DNA of 64,000 nt from Lama guanicoe. Taxonomy: Eukaryota. How positions within the stretch are numbered: position 1 is the stretch's first letter; each line of letters opens with the position of its first letter. This document shows, piece after piece, positions 35,896-48,940 of the stretch. Below the pieces are notes generated by a model, which was not told the DNA's origin, searched no databases, and saw only the letters and a program-made list of their open reading frames with translations. The stretch lies in the NCBI GenBank assembly GCA_013239625.1, contig MU054323.1:1674001-1738000 (forward strand). Direction: 5' to 3'. The position numbers and the translations under genes were made by a program.

Positions 35896-37307
35896 GTGGT
35901 CTTCCATGTTAATTGTAGTGCAAGTCTTCTTTTGACTTATCTCAAGTGGTACCCAGGCAGGACCTGATATTTTCTGTCTGATTATAGTACATGAATGAAA
36001 TCAAACACAATTTCAATGCAAGACATTTACAGGTGTCAGTAGAAATTGATGAAGTATTATTGTGTGAAAAGACACCTGAAGCTAATTTCAAATTAAGAAA
36101 TATAAATCTAAAACAGAAGAATCACATTTAATGATGGAGCAACTTTTAAGTGGATTGTAAGGGCTTTTGGAGAACAGGAAATGTCACTGAGATGCAATGT
36201 ATTTGAAGATGGGAAAGAGCACTGGACCTGAAATGAGAATACCTTTTGTTTGCATTCCAGATCTGTTTCTTTTTGATTGGGATGCTCGCTCAGCCTCGGT
36301 GTCTCAATGCATGAAAACGGAACAAGATCACAGTTGTGAGGATGTAAAAATGCTTCATGTATGTCCTACAAACACTGCATAGTAAGAAGCTGTTACGAGG
36401 CCCTTTTCTCAGAAAACAAAGAGAAGAAGCAACTACATGTGTATCTATGATGGGCTTTATTGTGTCATTAAAAAACATCAAATCAATGAATATAGTTCCT
36501 GAAATTTTGCGTAGCTTTATTTTAACTCGGCTTTCTTTCCAAATGAATCCTGCCAGCTACCAACATGAGTATACATTTTGTTGAAAAGTTCCATGATGCT
36601 GTAAGGCCAGATGCACGAAGCACATGAACAGCTCTTTTTCCAGTAGCAATTATCTGATGAAATTGTGCCTTGTCTGCAGCAGGCAAACCGGATATATTCC
36701 CGTTGGAGCAGGGAGCACGTGCTATGGTATTTATAAACTGTAAAAGATGTTTGTCAGCATGCACAGCACATCCTTCATCCCCGAGTGCTGGCAAGAAATA
36801 GCCTCGTTGTTTCTGAGGAGCTAATGATGGATTCATAAATTCTGTCAGCAGATCTATTGCTGTAAGGGGTTCTCTCCATGGATGGTGATGACTCCAGCAC
36901 GTGCAGTTCTCATCGTGGCCTGAATGGAATGGCAGGCCCAGGGTCAGACACTTGGCCCATTCTTCCCACCCTCAACCCTAACAGATTCCAGAAGCAAGGG
37001 GAGAATCATGGTGTACAGTCCTTGGTGTCGTAGAAAATATGGGTGGTGGGAGGTCAGCACACTCCCAGTGCTCATCTTCACCTCTCCCACTGCCCGGCAA
37101 GAGAAAGCTTTCAGAGGCATCTCGGATTTATTCCACGGCACTGCTGGAGGAGGGGGTGGGATCTGCAAAGGCCAGGACATTTGAATCCTTTCCAGGTTAG
37201 GATGAGAGCAAGAGGGGTTCAGGTTTCCTCTACCTTTTGCCTCAGCCCAACCTGACTGCTGAGCCCACAGAGATGAGCTGCAAGCTCATAGCCATTGACC
37301 CAGGCCC

Positions 37308-37949
37308 CTTTTTTTTCCTTTTTTTTAAATTGAAGTATAATTAGTTTACACTGTTGTATTAATCTCTAGTATGCAGCATAGTGATTCAGTTATACATATA
37401 TGCATTTGTTGTCATATTCTTTTTCATTATAGGCTATTGCAAGATATTGAATATAGTTTCCTGTGCTATATAGTAGGACCTTGTTGTCTATATCCTATTT
37501 TATACATAGTAATTAGTATCTGCAAACCCCAAACTCCTCCCCTTTCCCCCTGGTAATCATTAGTTTGTTTTCTGTATCTGTGACTCTGTTTCTATTTTGT
37601 AAATAAGTTCATTTGTGCCCTTTCTTTTTTTAAGATTCCACATACAAATGATATCATATGGTATTTTTGTTTTTCTCTCTGTCTTTACTCCACTTAGAAT
37701 GATGATCTCTAGATCCATCCATGTTGCTGCAAATGGCATTATTTTATTCTTTTTTATGACCGAGTAGTATTCCATTGTAAAAATACACAACTTCTTTATC
37801 CAGTCATCTGTTGATGGACATTTAGGTTGTTTCCACGTCTTGGCTATTGTCTATAGTGCTTCTATTAACATGGGGGTGCATGTATCTTTTTGAATTAGAG
37901 CTCCCTCCTGATATATGCCCAGGTGTGGGATTGCTGGATCATAAGGAAA
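37308..37949 (-). mobile_element. 5'-truncated, relatively young cetartiodactyl L1 (ORF2 C-terminus plus 3' UTR) with TSD
   Basis: Minus-strand peptide MEYYSVIKKNKIMPFAATWMDLEIIILS is the canonical L1 ORF2 C-terminus; poly-T tail at the left; TSD gacccaggccc at 37297-37307 and 37950-37960. Confidence 0.93.
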
Positions 37950-38784
37950 GACCCAGGCCCTCTTGTTCACAGCAATAGACTCAGACCCTCTTCACTCATC
38001 CCTTCTAGCTTCCAGTGGATCTGGCTGTGATCTGGCTTCTGAAGCTTTGACTTTTGTTCACCATCTGTCCTTGGGTCTTGGCAAATGATTTCTCTGTTCC
38101 TCATTTTGGTTTGCCCTCATACCCACAGTCTGTTTGTCTCCTCATTTCATTTTCAGTGTGAACCGACCCTAGCTGGCCTCTCAGAAAAACCCCAAGCCCC
38201 AACCAGCCAGGGACCAGCCCAACCTGCTGGAAGCCCTGCAGGGAGAAACCTGGACATCTCCAGCTGTTGCAACCCATGAGCTCAGCTGACTGATTCAGGC
38301 CTGATCACACTTCACTCCAGGCTTAGCAAGAGTTATCCACCACCACTGGGAGCCTGGGGTCAAGGCTAAGGTAATGCATGACGTATAACAGAATTTTAAG
38401 TGGACCACCCTTCCCGCATCTTCCTGGGAGCTCCAGTGTGACAGTCCCCGTGTGTAACCAACCGGCCCCAGTGGTGCTTGGTGGCTCAGGGGCTTTGTAG
38501 AGTGTGTGGCTATTTGTGGCAGTGTCCCAGGTTGACAGGAAAGGACCCCGGAGCTCTTCTTCTGACTGAGTGCCTTCACGACCCAGACTATTTATTTTGA
38601 TTTTGCCTGATTTCATTTGTTCAATATGAATTTATTAAAGGTTCCACTGTGATAAATATATATCTTTATATTTAATAAATAAATCAATATCTCTATATTC
38701 TGGTATACTGCTGAGGACACAGCTCCTGCTTACAGGAAGTCATGCTGTGGTGGGATGGGCATCTGGGGCTGTGGTGCCTGACAC

Positions 38785-38995
38785 AGAGCAGGAAAAGAGC
38801 ACAGGCTTTGGAGTCCAGACCTTGGTTCAAGGTCTGGGCTTACTTTATCACTTACTGCTGTGTGACCATGGCCAGGTTCCTCGACCTTTCTGAAGCCTCT
38901 GTCTTCTCACCTCTTCCAAGGGGGCAAATACCAGCCATTTCACAAAACTGAGATAATGCACATTCAAGACACAGAGTAGGTGCTCAATAAACATT
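38785..38995 (+). mobile_element. MIR SINE
   Basis: aagagcacaggctttggagtccagac...cacttactgctgtgtgaccatggcc...gtaggtgctcaataaa. Confidence 0.8.
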
Positions 38996-39679
38996 CCTTT
39001 CCTCTTCTTCTCATTCACCAATATTGCTCTCTTGGCTAAGCTTTCATTACATAAGACCAACTGATGCCTTGACATGCATTTAATAAATCTGAAGAGTGTG
39101 GACTGTGAATGAGATGATTCAGATCTACTGCCTCCTTGCTCTTCACCACATCCTTTGCCCCATAAACTCGTGTGGGTTCATCAGAATGATATCAAATGCC
39201 GTTGCTGCTCTGAGCAGCCTCTTCCGTCCCTGACGATTGCTGGTACAGAACTTTCCGTCTTCTTCTGATGGTCGTATGCATCCTGAGGCAGGAGACCCCG
39301 AACCGTGGGCACTTCCTTGAGCAGCTACAGACTTGCTGACATTTATGAATCCAGTACTGCCCTGTCAAACAACGAGGGATTCTGAAAACAACACGGGCCC
39401 AAAATAACTGCCTCGTGAACATCGTATTTGAGTGATGACAATAGTCACCATGGTCCATAAACATTTTGGCAAAGGTGTCCATCCTCCCCTGAGCACCAGA
39501 CTTCTACAACAGTGTGGCATGGACTTGTCCTGGGACAAGCATCCTTCATTTCTGATGGTTAAATGTTTGAGTCCATCTCAGGAAATCATCTGCAGTCAGC
39601 AGATCCAACAAAGCTGGAGTTTTTAAAGTAAATCTGGTGCCTTTGGAACGTGCTGCTGCATTTAGAATGGCAGCTGTAC

Positions 39680-39930
39680 AATAACAACCATTGTACGTGA
39701 ACTTGGCATTGGTTTAAGCGCTTTGTATAAATTCACTCAGTTAATCCTTACAGCAACCCCATGACATAAGGTGCTACTGCTACCCACATTTTACCATTAA
39801 GAAAACTGAAGAACAGAGGAGTTCTAAAACTTGCCCAGAGTCACCCAGCTGGTTGTTAGGGAGCGAGGATTTGAACCAAGACAGCTGGTCTGACCTCAGA
39901 ATTCATGCTGTCAACTGCTACAATATACTG
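39680..39930 (-). mobile_element. MIR SINE
   Basis: taatccttacagcaacccc...aagaaaactgaagaacagag...acttgcccagagtcacccagct...ggatttgaacc. Confidence 0.8.
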
Positions 39931-40021
39931 GCTCAATACTAATTCAAGTCACATGACTAATGGCTATTTAGAAATTCAATTGAATAGATTTTGGCTATGT
40001 CAAGAGGCTGAGAGTTTTAAC

Positions 40022-40207
40022 ACTTTTTAAAGTTGAAGTATATTTGATTCACAATGTTGTATTAGTGTCTAGTGTACAGCAAAGTGATTCGGTTATACGT
40101 ATATATTCTTTTTCACTACAGATCACTGAAAGCTCTTAAGTATTGTTCCCTGTGCTTACAGCAGGACTTTGTTATTCCTCTTTCCTGTACATAGTAGTTT
40201 GTATCTG
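40022..40207 (-). mobile_element. Short 5'-truncated cetartiodactyl L1 3' end with TSD
   Basis: ttgaagtatatttgattcacaatgttgtattagtgtctagtgtacagcaaagtgattc...; flanking repeat aagaggctgag at 40002-40012 and 40208-40218, each followed by ttttaac. Confidence 0.82.
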
Positions 40208-43200
40208 AAGAGGCTGAGTTTTTAACCTTTACTAATAGGGTGGCTTCCAAATCTGAATGCTGAAAACTGACTGCTTTTTATCTTGTCATGGCTGTTTTTG
40301 TTGAGGCCCTGCTGGATCATAAGGACTTTCTTGGTTACTGGGGAGAAGACTGGAGAATTGTTAGATACACGCCTGTCGAGAGCTGTGAAGAATCTGGACT
40401 TTTGCCCTGCTTCCCTGGTAACAAGTTGGCCCGCCATAGATTCATGGATGCCGGCAGAGGACCATGAGTCCTGGGTCAGAAACAAAGGGCGGTCATTAGT
40501 CACCGCCAGGACAGCAACCAGAGCAGCAGCATTTACACCTGTTCCTGAGCTCGTCTCCAAGGAGTGATGCAAAGTGGGCCTGAAGAGGACACTGGAGCTG
40601 AGGGAGCTCAAATGTTTTACACCAGGAAGTAAGCATGTCTATCCTTTGCCCCAGAGGGTGACATTACCTGCATTATACTGGACAGTGAGCAAATCTGCCC
40701 TGCGTTCTGGAGGGCAATGTCCGGAGACGCTCTCTCCATCTTCTGAGTCTGTTTGCTCTGCAAACATCCTTGAAAAAGTAGATCAGAACAAAAGCAATTC
40801 TTGGGTCCCTTGTGTTTCTTCTCATCTGTGAGCATGAGTTGTCTCCCAATAGGTCCTGTGCTCCTAAGAATCTAGACTTTCAACGTGCGGCACAAATAAC
40901 AGACCTGAAACATTATCAGAGTAATATACGGGGATTGCATAATTTTGACTACAAATATAAAGGGCGCCTCAGAGGGAGAAGTCATTTTGGGCTGTCGGTG
41001 GGGAGTAGAGACGTCTTCATGAAAGAGGAGAGATTTCACTAAGTAGAAGAAATTGGAGAGGGACAAAAAGAACATTTTATGTGGTGTCACAGCTGAGGCT
41101 AGTCATACAGGGCTTTGGACTTGGGGTCAGATCTGTGTTCCAATCACGGCTCAGTTGTTTACTGGTTATGTGCCCCAGGCAACCTCTCTGTACCTTCTGG
41201 TTGTTTATTGACTTTCTCTCCCCTTTTCTATAGGGTAGGAGCACTTACTACCTGAAGATGTAGAGATCAGAATTTTGGTCAATATCATCGTGGAAAATGG
41301 CGAAACCTCTGCTTATCTCCACCCATCATGGAGAGTTAAGAAAACTGAGTTCAATTTTCTGTGTATTGGGGAAAATTGGTGATGTGACCACACATTTCTC
41401 AGATTCTTTGAATAGCTGTTGATTCCTCTTACCTTTGCCATCAAGACACAGGCACGTGATCTCCCTTCTTCGGGAAATTTTCTTTAGTTACCCAAGCCTG
41501 CCTTGACTACACTTCCTCTGATCCTGTCAGTACTGCTCTCAGTCCCTCGACTGTGCTCACATCCAAGGGTGAAGTTCTGACTCCATAGCTCAGCTCCCAC
41601 GACCTCTGTGAACCCGCCCAGTTCTGCCAGCTCTGCTTCATCTCCCCGCCTCTGCCCCTAGACTTTACTAACCAGCTTGACCACAAGTGGTGTTTCTACA
41701 CACACGCACGCACGCACGCTACTGGTTTTTCATGGTTTTGCTTATACTGCACCATCTCTCTGGAAAGTCTTTTTTCCTACCCTTTCACCATCTCATTCCT
41801 GTTCATTCTTTACAAATCAACTCAAGAACACCTCCTCCTCCCTTAAAAACAAAATAGCTAAACTTAGTGCTTCTACATGAAGTTTATCCCTTTCCCTCCT
41901 GTCTATACATCTGTCCATCCATCCATCCATCGTCTATATCCTGCTGTATTTTCTCCCGTTGTAATATGAAATGTGTATATCTGTGTCTCTCCACTAGACT
42001 GTAGGTTATCAAACGTGGATGATAGGCCCTCAGTGGCTATTCCTCTAATGACTAAATGAAAACAATTGAATGATTTTGTGAACAAATGAATGAATGCTTT
42101 GGGGCCAACAAGCACACCTCTGAGTCAAGCTCCTCACGGCGACTGCACAGCGTATCCGGGCCTCATAGCCCTTCCTGCAGGTGGGTTTGCGTAGGAAGGC
42201 GGAGGGTGGGCTGGCTCTGGGCACAGCCTGTCTTCCTCTCCAGCTCCTTCTTACCCTCTCACCCCTTACACTTCCCATCTCTATCCCTAGTCCTTTTCTC
42301 ACAAGGGATTAGTCAAAGCTAAAAACCAGGAGTAGAAGAAGTTTGGAGGGGGGCGATCCCTGTGTAGTCTAATCTCCCCTCCTTCCAAGGGTACTTCGGT
42401 TTTCAGAGGCCTCATGAAGATCCAGCGGCCTATCGCCCTCCTCCCCTGAAAGAATCCTGAACCGTGAATTCTGGGCTAGAGAGGAACACGGGCTCTTGCA
42501 AGGCTGCTCCATCCCCTGTGCTCCGTCCACAGGAATGAAGGTGGCCCTTGCTCTTTGTTACTCCCGTCCAGCTTTCAGGGCCACAGTGAGGAAAAAACAT
42601 CCATAAACGCAAGCCTAGAGTCAACTTTGAGAAAACACGCATTACCAGGGAAGGCAGTGGACAGGTTCGTAGTCTCACGTCATCTGGGAGGGTGGGGCAC
42701 ACTGCGTCAGCTGGCAGCCCCCATCCACACTGACTGACTGTCTTGTCTGGTTGTTTCATTTGTGCAAGTGTCTGTTTCGCCCGCTCGTCTGCCTTCGGTG
42801 TGGAGCCTGGACTTGGGCCCGTCACTTCTCTTGACTGTGTATCAGGCATTGGGCTACTTTATTCACAGTTGGTGGTTTCTGCGAGTCACTGGCTGGCTTG
42901 TCAATTTGCTGATGGGACAGAGTGCAAGCTTACACAAGGTGATCGCTTTATAAGGGCTGCTCTGGTTTCTGCTAAATAAAATATTTAGACGGCTTGCTTC
43001 TTGGCTGCCAAACAACAACGTCAACAACACAAGCAACCATAACATCATCATCTTCGACTTTTGAGCACTTCTTTGGCAGGCGCCGTGCGAGACACGTTAC
43101 ACTCGTTCTCGCAAAATCCCATGAGTAAAGAATAATTTTTGGCACCATTCTACAAAGAACAAATTCAGGTACAGAGACATTGGAGGATTTTTCCAAGGTC

Positions 43201-43860
43201 AAATGGGTATTAACTTTTAAACAGGATTAAAAACTAAGTCTTTCTAACTCCACCGGCCAGCTTTTCCCAGACTACTGTGTCTTCTGGTGCAATTGGCAGT
43301 ATCCCCATCAGCCGAGGGACAGCTGCCTGGAAACACTGGGCCGGGGGGTGGGTCTCATGCAGGATCCCTGTGTGACAAGTGCTTCAATCTCTCATCTCCG
43401 TCTCCGAATAGCTACTGTGGGAAGGCTTTTGCTGCAGCACTAGTTATAACCCAGAGCCACTTACTCCTTTCTGCACCCATTCTGCCTTCTTTTCAGTCTA
43501 GGAAGGTCAGCCTTTCTCAAAGCCCTTCTCTTCACCTCTGCCTGTCCATTTGTTTATTTGTTCATGATTCATTCATTCATTCATTCATTCACTTACTCAA
43601 TACTTACTGATCACCGGCTGGGTGCAAGACATTGTACTTGGCAATGGTAGTAATAGTGGCTTGTCCTTCAGTGCCAGTACTTCAAGGTTTCTGTCCACTT
43701 GTCATCCCCTTTCTGTCACTGGCACCTCATCTTTGTCTTGCTGGTTCGTTCCAACATTGCCAATAAAAATGCCCAAATCTTTTCCATTCTCTTTTGCCCC
43801 CTTGTTCGTGTCACCTAAGTTTTCCTCTTCTGAGCCAAGCTTCTAATGAATTGCCTGCAA

Positions 43861-44163
43861 CATAGAAAACAAACTAAAAATAAACTGTGGTTATTGGGGG
43901 AAAGGGTGGGGGAGGGATAGATTAGGAGATTGGGATTAACAGATACACATTGCTATATATAAAATAGATAAACAGCAAGGACCTACTGTATGGTACAAGG
44001 AACTGTACTCGATTTCTTGTAATGCACCATAATGGAAAAGAAACTGAAAAATAATATATGTGTGTATGTAGATGTATAACTGAATTGCTTTGCTGTACAT
44101 CTGAAACTGACACTGTAAATCAACTACACTTCAAAAAAAACAAGAAATAAACTTTTTTTATAG
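43861..44163 (+). mobile_element. 5'-truncated cetartiodactyl L1 3' UTR with A-tail and TSD
   Basis: catagaaaacaaact...gggattaacagatacaca...aacagcaaggacctactgtat...gtaaatcaactacacttcaaaaaaaa; TSD gaattgcct(g/a)caa at 43848-43860 and 44164-44176. Confidence 0.88.
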
Positions 44164-44766
44164 GAATTGCCTACAAATCAGCAGCCCTTCCTGTCTGCAC
44201 GATCTCCGCAGTCTGGGTCCTCCCCCGGTCACTCTCCGGGCACTGCCCCTACCAGAGTCACTCCACGGCACACTCTGAGTCCCCATGGTACTGGCCTCTC
44301 ACCACACGGGACAGCTTTGATTCCTCCCTCTTTCTGGAGACTATCCTTGGTGTCTTTGACCCTACTCTCTGGGGTTTTTGAAATTTCTGAATGTTCTTTC
44401 TCTGTCCTCTTTAGGGCTTGTTCACTCTCTGTCTAGTACTTAAGGGTGGGTTCCATGCAAGGTGGCTTCCTTTGGCCCAGTGCTTCCCTATCCATGCATG
44501 CTCTTCCCTACACGACCCCATCGACTCGTGAGGTAAACGTAGTCATTTCTATTTTAGCACTTCCTCATTGCCTGGGGCCTCAGATTGACAGAGAAACCTC
44601 TTGTGGAACAACACTGGGATCTACCATCAGGTCCCAAACGAAACTTGTCATCTTCCTAAGATGATGACCCTCTGTTCTGTCTGTTCCAGGGAGTGGCAGC
44701 ACCACCCCCCAGTTATCCCAGTCAGGGGCCTGGAAGTCACCTCCCAGAGCTGCCCAAGTCAGGCCC

Positions 44767-44819
44767 TCCTTCCCTCCCTCCTTCCTTCCCTCCTTCCTTC
44801 TCTTCCTTCCCTTCTTCCT
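44767..44819. repeat. (CCTT)n simple repeat
   Basis: ccttccctccctcccttccttccctccttccttctcttccttcccttcttcc. Confidence 0.85.
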
Positions 44820-44829
44820 AATTCCCATA

Positions 44830-45460
44830 TTTCTCAAGTCCTGTGCTAGTTAGTGGGAAAACAAAAGTAAGAAAAGACAAGTTCTTGGCCTCTGCCTTCA
44901 TGAACTTAGACTCTAGTAGGAATGACTGACTTAATCAAAGAACTGGAAAAAGAAATGGAGCACTGCATTTGTGATAAATATTGGTTTGGAAACATAAAAT
45001 AAGAATCTTCCCCATAGGAAGTGAGGTTTAAATTGATATTGAAGAAAGAATATGTACTAACTCACTAAAGGATAGAGGACAGGTTCTCAGCAGAGGGAAT
45101 GGCATGTACAAAGGTCCTGGGGAGAGGAAGCCAGTGCTTTGAAGGAATAGAGACAAGTCTGGAGTGGCTGCCACAGGGAACAGTAGAGCATGAGCGAGGC
45201 TGGATGGGGCAGGGACCACGTAGGGCTCGGTGGGTCATCTGAGGGGTTCTGGTCTTTATCCTACGAGCACACAAGAAGTTGTTGAAGGGTTGAAGCAGAG
45301 GAATGACGTGATCATTTTTAAATTTTGTCTTCAAGTGTGGAGAATGGAGAAGAGAGGAGAAAGCATGGACGTGGGGATGTTGATTAAGAGGTATGAGATG
45401 ATGGTGGCTTATAACACTGGCAAGAACAGAGAGCTGTGGGTCACTTTACAAAAAGTCTAT
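44830..45460 (-). mobile_element. LINE2 (L2) fragment
   Basis: ctgccttcatgaacttagactctagtagg...cagagggaatggcatgtacaaaggtcctgg...ttgaagggttgaagcagaggaatgacgtgatc. Confidence 0.75.
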
Positions 45461-48439
45461 CAGTTTGGCTTGAAAGAACTCAATTCACCTCTCTGGGGGG
45501 GTTAACCTGACTGTTCAACTATGGGAGCCCTGCTTCTTCCACAGATCAAGGGACTTAGTGAAATGATTTAACTTGAATCCCCCTCGAGGAAAATGCTTTG
45601 CCACCACAGGAGGCCGGTTTCCCATGATTCCTCCCTGGGCACTGAGTCCCCGTCAGACAGCACGAGCCAGGAGGCGGAGGTCACCCTGTCAGCAGTGCCC
45701 TCAGATCCCTGTCCAGGGGGGCTCAGCCGTGCCGAGCCCCCAGCGGCCAAGGAAGGCCCAGGGACAGCGCCAGCGCCTCGGGGAGTGGTGGCGCCCTCCT
45801 CCCTCCTTGGCCCTGGCGGACTCTGTGTGAGGTCACATGCAGCCTGGTTGAAATGAGGCCACTTTTAACTGCCAGCGGGCCTAGGATTTTTAAATGAATT
45901 CATTATTTTTATAATTAAACTTTAGAACTGAAGTGTGACATGGAGCTGGAGTCTCAGTGTGAAACGCATCTTGAATTTTTCCCTAGGGTACCACTTTCTC
46001 CCAGGTCTATGGATATTTATTGAATGAAGGTGCAATCTATTTGCCAGCATTTTAGGAAGCCTCATCTTGCAAGAACATCAGAGCAACAAGTAGACGATAA
46101 AAGGACGTTGGGCATACTGGGGAAAATCCTGGTCATATGCAAGGATTTGAAGGGGGTGACTGGAGTGCAAGGTGATGGGGGGCACCACATGAAGGAAGAA
46201 ACGGGGGGCATTTGGCAGTAAGAGAGCCGCATGGAGAGAAAGGGGTGCGGGAATTGTGCTGTGCTATCAAATCTGGGGAAAGAAGAATATGATCAAAAAA
46301 GATTTTAAAGAATTTCTGCTATTTTACGGGAGTAACAGTCCTCTAATTTCCCTCAAAAGCCTTCACTAAGGCTTAATGTTATTCTTCAAGGTCTTTGCAG
46401 TTTGATTTGTGTCTTATTTCATGGGTCAAGAGGCAGAGGCATGCCTCAAGGAAGCCCAGACATTTGGGTTTACAAATAAACAAATGAACGCGTCTGGACT
46501 GCTTCACTGCACTGTGTGTCTGGCAGGACCTTGGGGTTGGCACTAAGCTTTGCCGGTGTCGCAGGCTACTGGCGGAACGAACAGTACAGGGACTTTAGAC
46601 AAATATGCACATTGGCTCATTCTGGGCTCTCAGAAATTCATCGGCTGTCAGAATTGGAAGGCATCTTGTAAATCACTGAGCATTTTACAGACAGGGAAAC
46701 TGAGGCTCACAAAGGGATGTCACATATTATGAAACTTCTCAGGAATTGGAACTTGACATTCTTGGGACAAGAGCTTCTTTCTTGCTTGCTTCTTTTCCCC
46801 AGCTCTCTCACTCCCTTAGCCTCAGTAGCCAAAGTGGACTTGACATAGAAACACTCAATGTCAATTAAGACTCTTCTGGTTGCAAACAACAGAAACAGTT
46901 TCCAGATAACTTAAGCCAAAGAGGGGATTCCTTAAAAAAACACTAGGGAGATTCACTGATCCGCAGGAAGAACAGAACACCAAGTCGTGGGAGGCAGGAC
47001 CAGGGCAGCGGCAGGGACGCCGAGGACGCCTTCCTGGGGCGCTCGCTGACTGACTCCAGCTGCTGGGTTTTTGGACTCTGAATAATCACGTGGTTCTTTA
47101 AAAAGCATTGTTTCCCTCCTCTTTTACAATCTCAACTGAAAGCATTTTAAAGAATCAAAATGACTCCCATGATTCTTGTCTGTTCCAAATAGTCAGAACT
47201 TTGGCTGATGACGAAGATCAGTTTTGCCACTTTGTGTTCGAGTCTTTGGTTAAATGCTTTGGGCACGATAGGCGTTAGGAAGTGTGGGAGCAACTGGAGG
47301 AAACCTGACGCACTTCACAGGAGAGGCTGCACTTCAGCTAAATGGGCAGGTGCTACCTGGGCTAGGATGCTTGGGCACTGGTGGAGATGGGAGAGTGTTC
47401 TGGGCTGAGAAAACCTGGGTCAAAGGCAACGCTGGAGCAAAGGGTGCGTATTGGGTTGAGAATGAGAAATTGAGGCTACAAGGAAGGTCAGGGGAGCGGC
47501 GCCAGGCCACAGAGGGCACTGTGACCTGGGCTGGAAGCCTGGATTTTATCCCCTGTCCGTTGGATAGTCTTTGGGGGCAGCATTAAGAAGAGGATAAACT
47601 TCTGCAGCCTGTGTTCTAGAGAGCTTTCTTTGGCAGCTACATGGAGAATGGACCGAGAGACAGTGAGGGCAGTAAGAATAGATGGAAACTAGGAAGTGAG
47701 GATATAAAAATGGGATATTCAACATTTCTGCAACAGGCTAGTAAAATTTAGGAACAAAAAGAATCTGCTGGCAGTTTTCAGTTGTACAGTGAGGTCCTGT
47801 TATCACAAGGTGGATCTGTTAGACTGACTCAGAGCCCAGACTCGCAGTGGCCTTGGAGTGAGGTCCCTGTGTGCACCTGCCCTCAGGTCAGCTGCCCTCA
47901 GTTACCTGCGGAGGTGACATGGAGTCTCATGTGGCCTATTGTTCAGAGTGGCTTTCTTTTTTATTTTCACTCAGGTCTTTCTCTTTGGGAATTGGCCACG
48001 TGGAAGGGCCACCCTCTGGTCACATGGCTGGTTGGAGCCCACTCCCAGGCTGCCGAGAGAACTGAGGAGCTGCAGCACGTGGGACCTTGTCTGAGGCCAT
48101 GTTACAGTCCCACATGCAGGCAGGGCGACAGCTCCCAGGCTGGGACCGTGTGGATTTCTGCTGGGGCGCTGGTCAGCAGGGCCAGCGCGTGTGATCCAGA
48201 GTGCAGTCACACCAGCCCTCCAGAGGAGCAGAGGCTTCTTCTCAGCGGCTGGGCAGGCGGGTGGGGCTGCAGCACAGCGCTGGGTACCCGCCCCCTCATC
48301 TTGGGGCCCGTGACTTTGCTGATATTCCCCTGCTCTTTGACATCAGCCTCATCCTCTGTCTGTCTACCTCCACCTTCTGTCCATCTAATATCTCGTCTCC
48401 ATACTGTCATATTCTTTTGGTCTTTCCAACTGTGTCATT

Positions 48440-48940
48440 TTCTTTTTAATTAAATTTTAAAAAATGTATAATTGTGGCAAAACACAGAGAGCATAAAATT
48501 GACCATCTTACTCATTTCTCAGTGCCCATCAGTAGTGTTAAGTACTTTTCACATTGTTGTACAACCAACCTCCAGAATTCTTTTCATCTGGCAAACTTGA
48601 AACTCTTTACCCACTGGATGATACCCTCTCCCTCTCCTCCGCCAGCCCCTGGCAGCCTTTTTTCTCCTTCCTGTTTCTATGAACTTGACCACTCTACGGA
48701 CTTCACATCAGTGGCATTTTACAGCATTTTTTTTTTGTGACTGGCTTATTTCATTTAACATATCTTCAAGTTTCATGTGTGTTGTAGCACGTAACAGGAT
48801 TTCCTTCCTCTTTAAGGCTGAATAATATTTCATTATTTGGACATAGCACATTTTGTCCATTCATCAGTTGATGGATGCTTGGATTGCTTCTAGCCTTTGG
48901 CTCTGTGGATAATGCTGCTAAGAACATGGGTGTACAAACC
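48440..48940 (-). mobile_element. L1MB-like LINE1 3' end
   Basis: taattgtggcaaaaca...cataaaattgaccatctta...ttcacattgttgtacaacc...tttaaggctgaataatatttcatt...aagaacatgggtgtacaaa. Confidence 0.85.

Noticed and set aside
37560..37790. ORF with protein-like sequence MEYYSVIKKNKIMPFAATW
   Set aside because: It is the L1 ORF2 C-terminus of a truncated retrotransposon, not a host gene.
39192..39482. 96-aa minus-strand ORF with Cys cluster and RRRRK
   Set aside because: No recognisable family and no supporting exon structure; ORFs of this length are expected by chance in 64 kb.
47782..48453. 223-aa + strand ORF
   Set aside because: Starts at TTG, has W/C/S/P-rich noise-like composition and no recognisable domain, and runs into an L1 tail.
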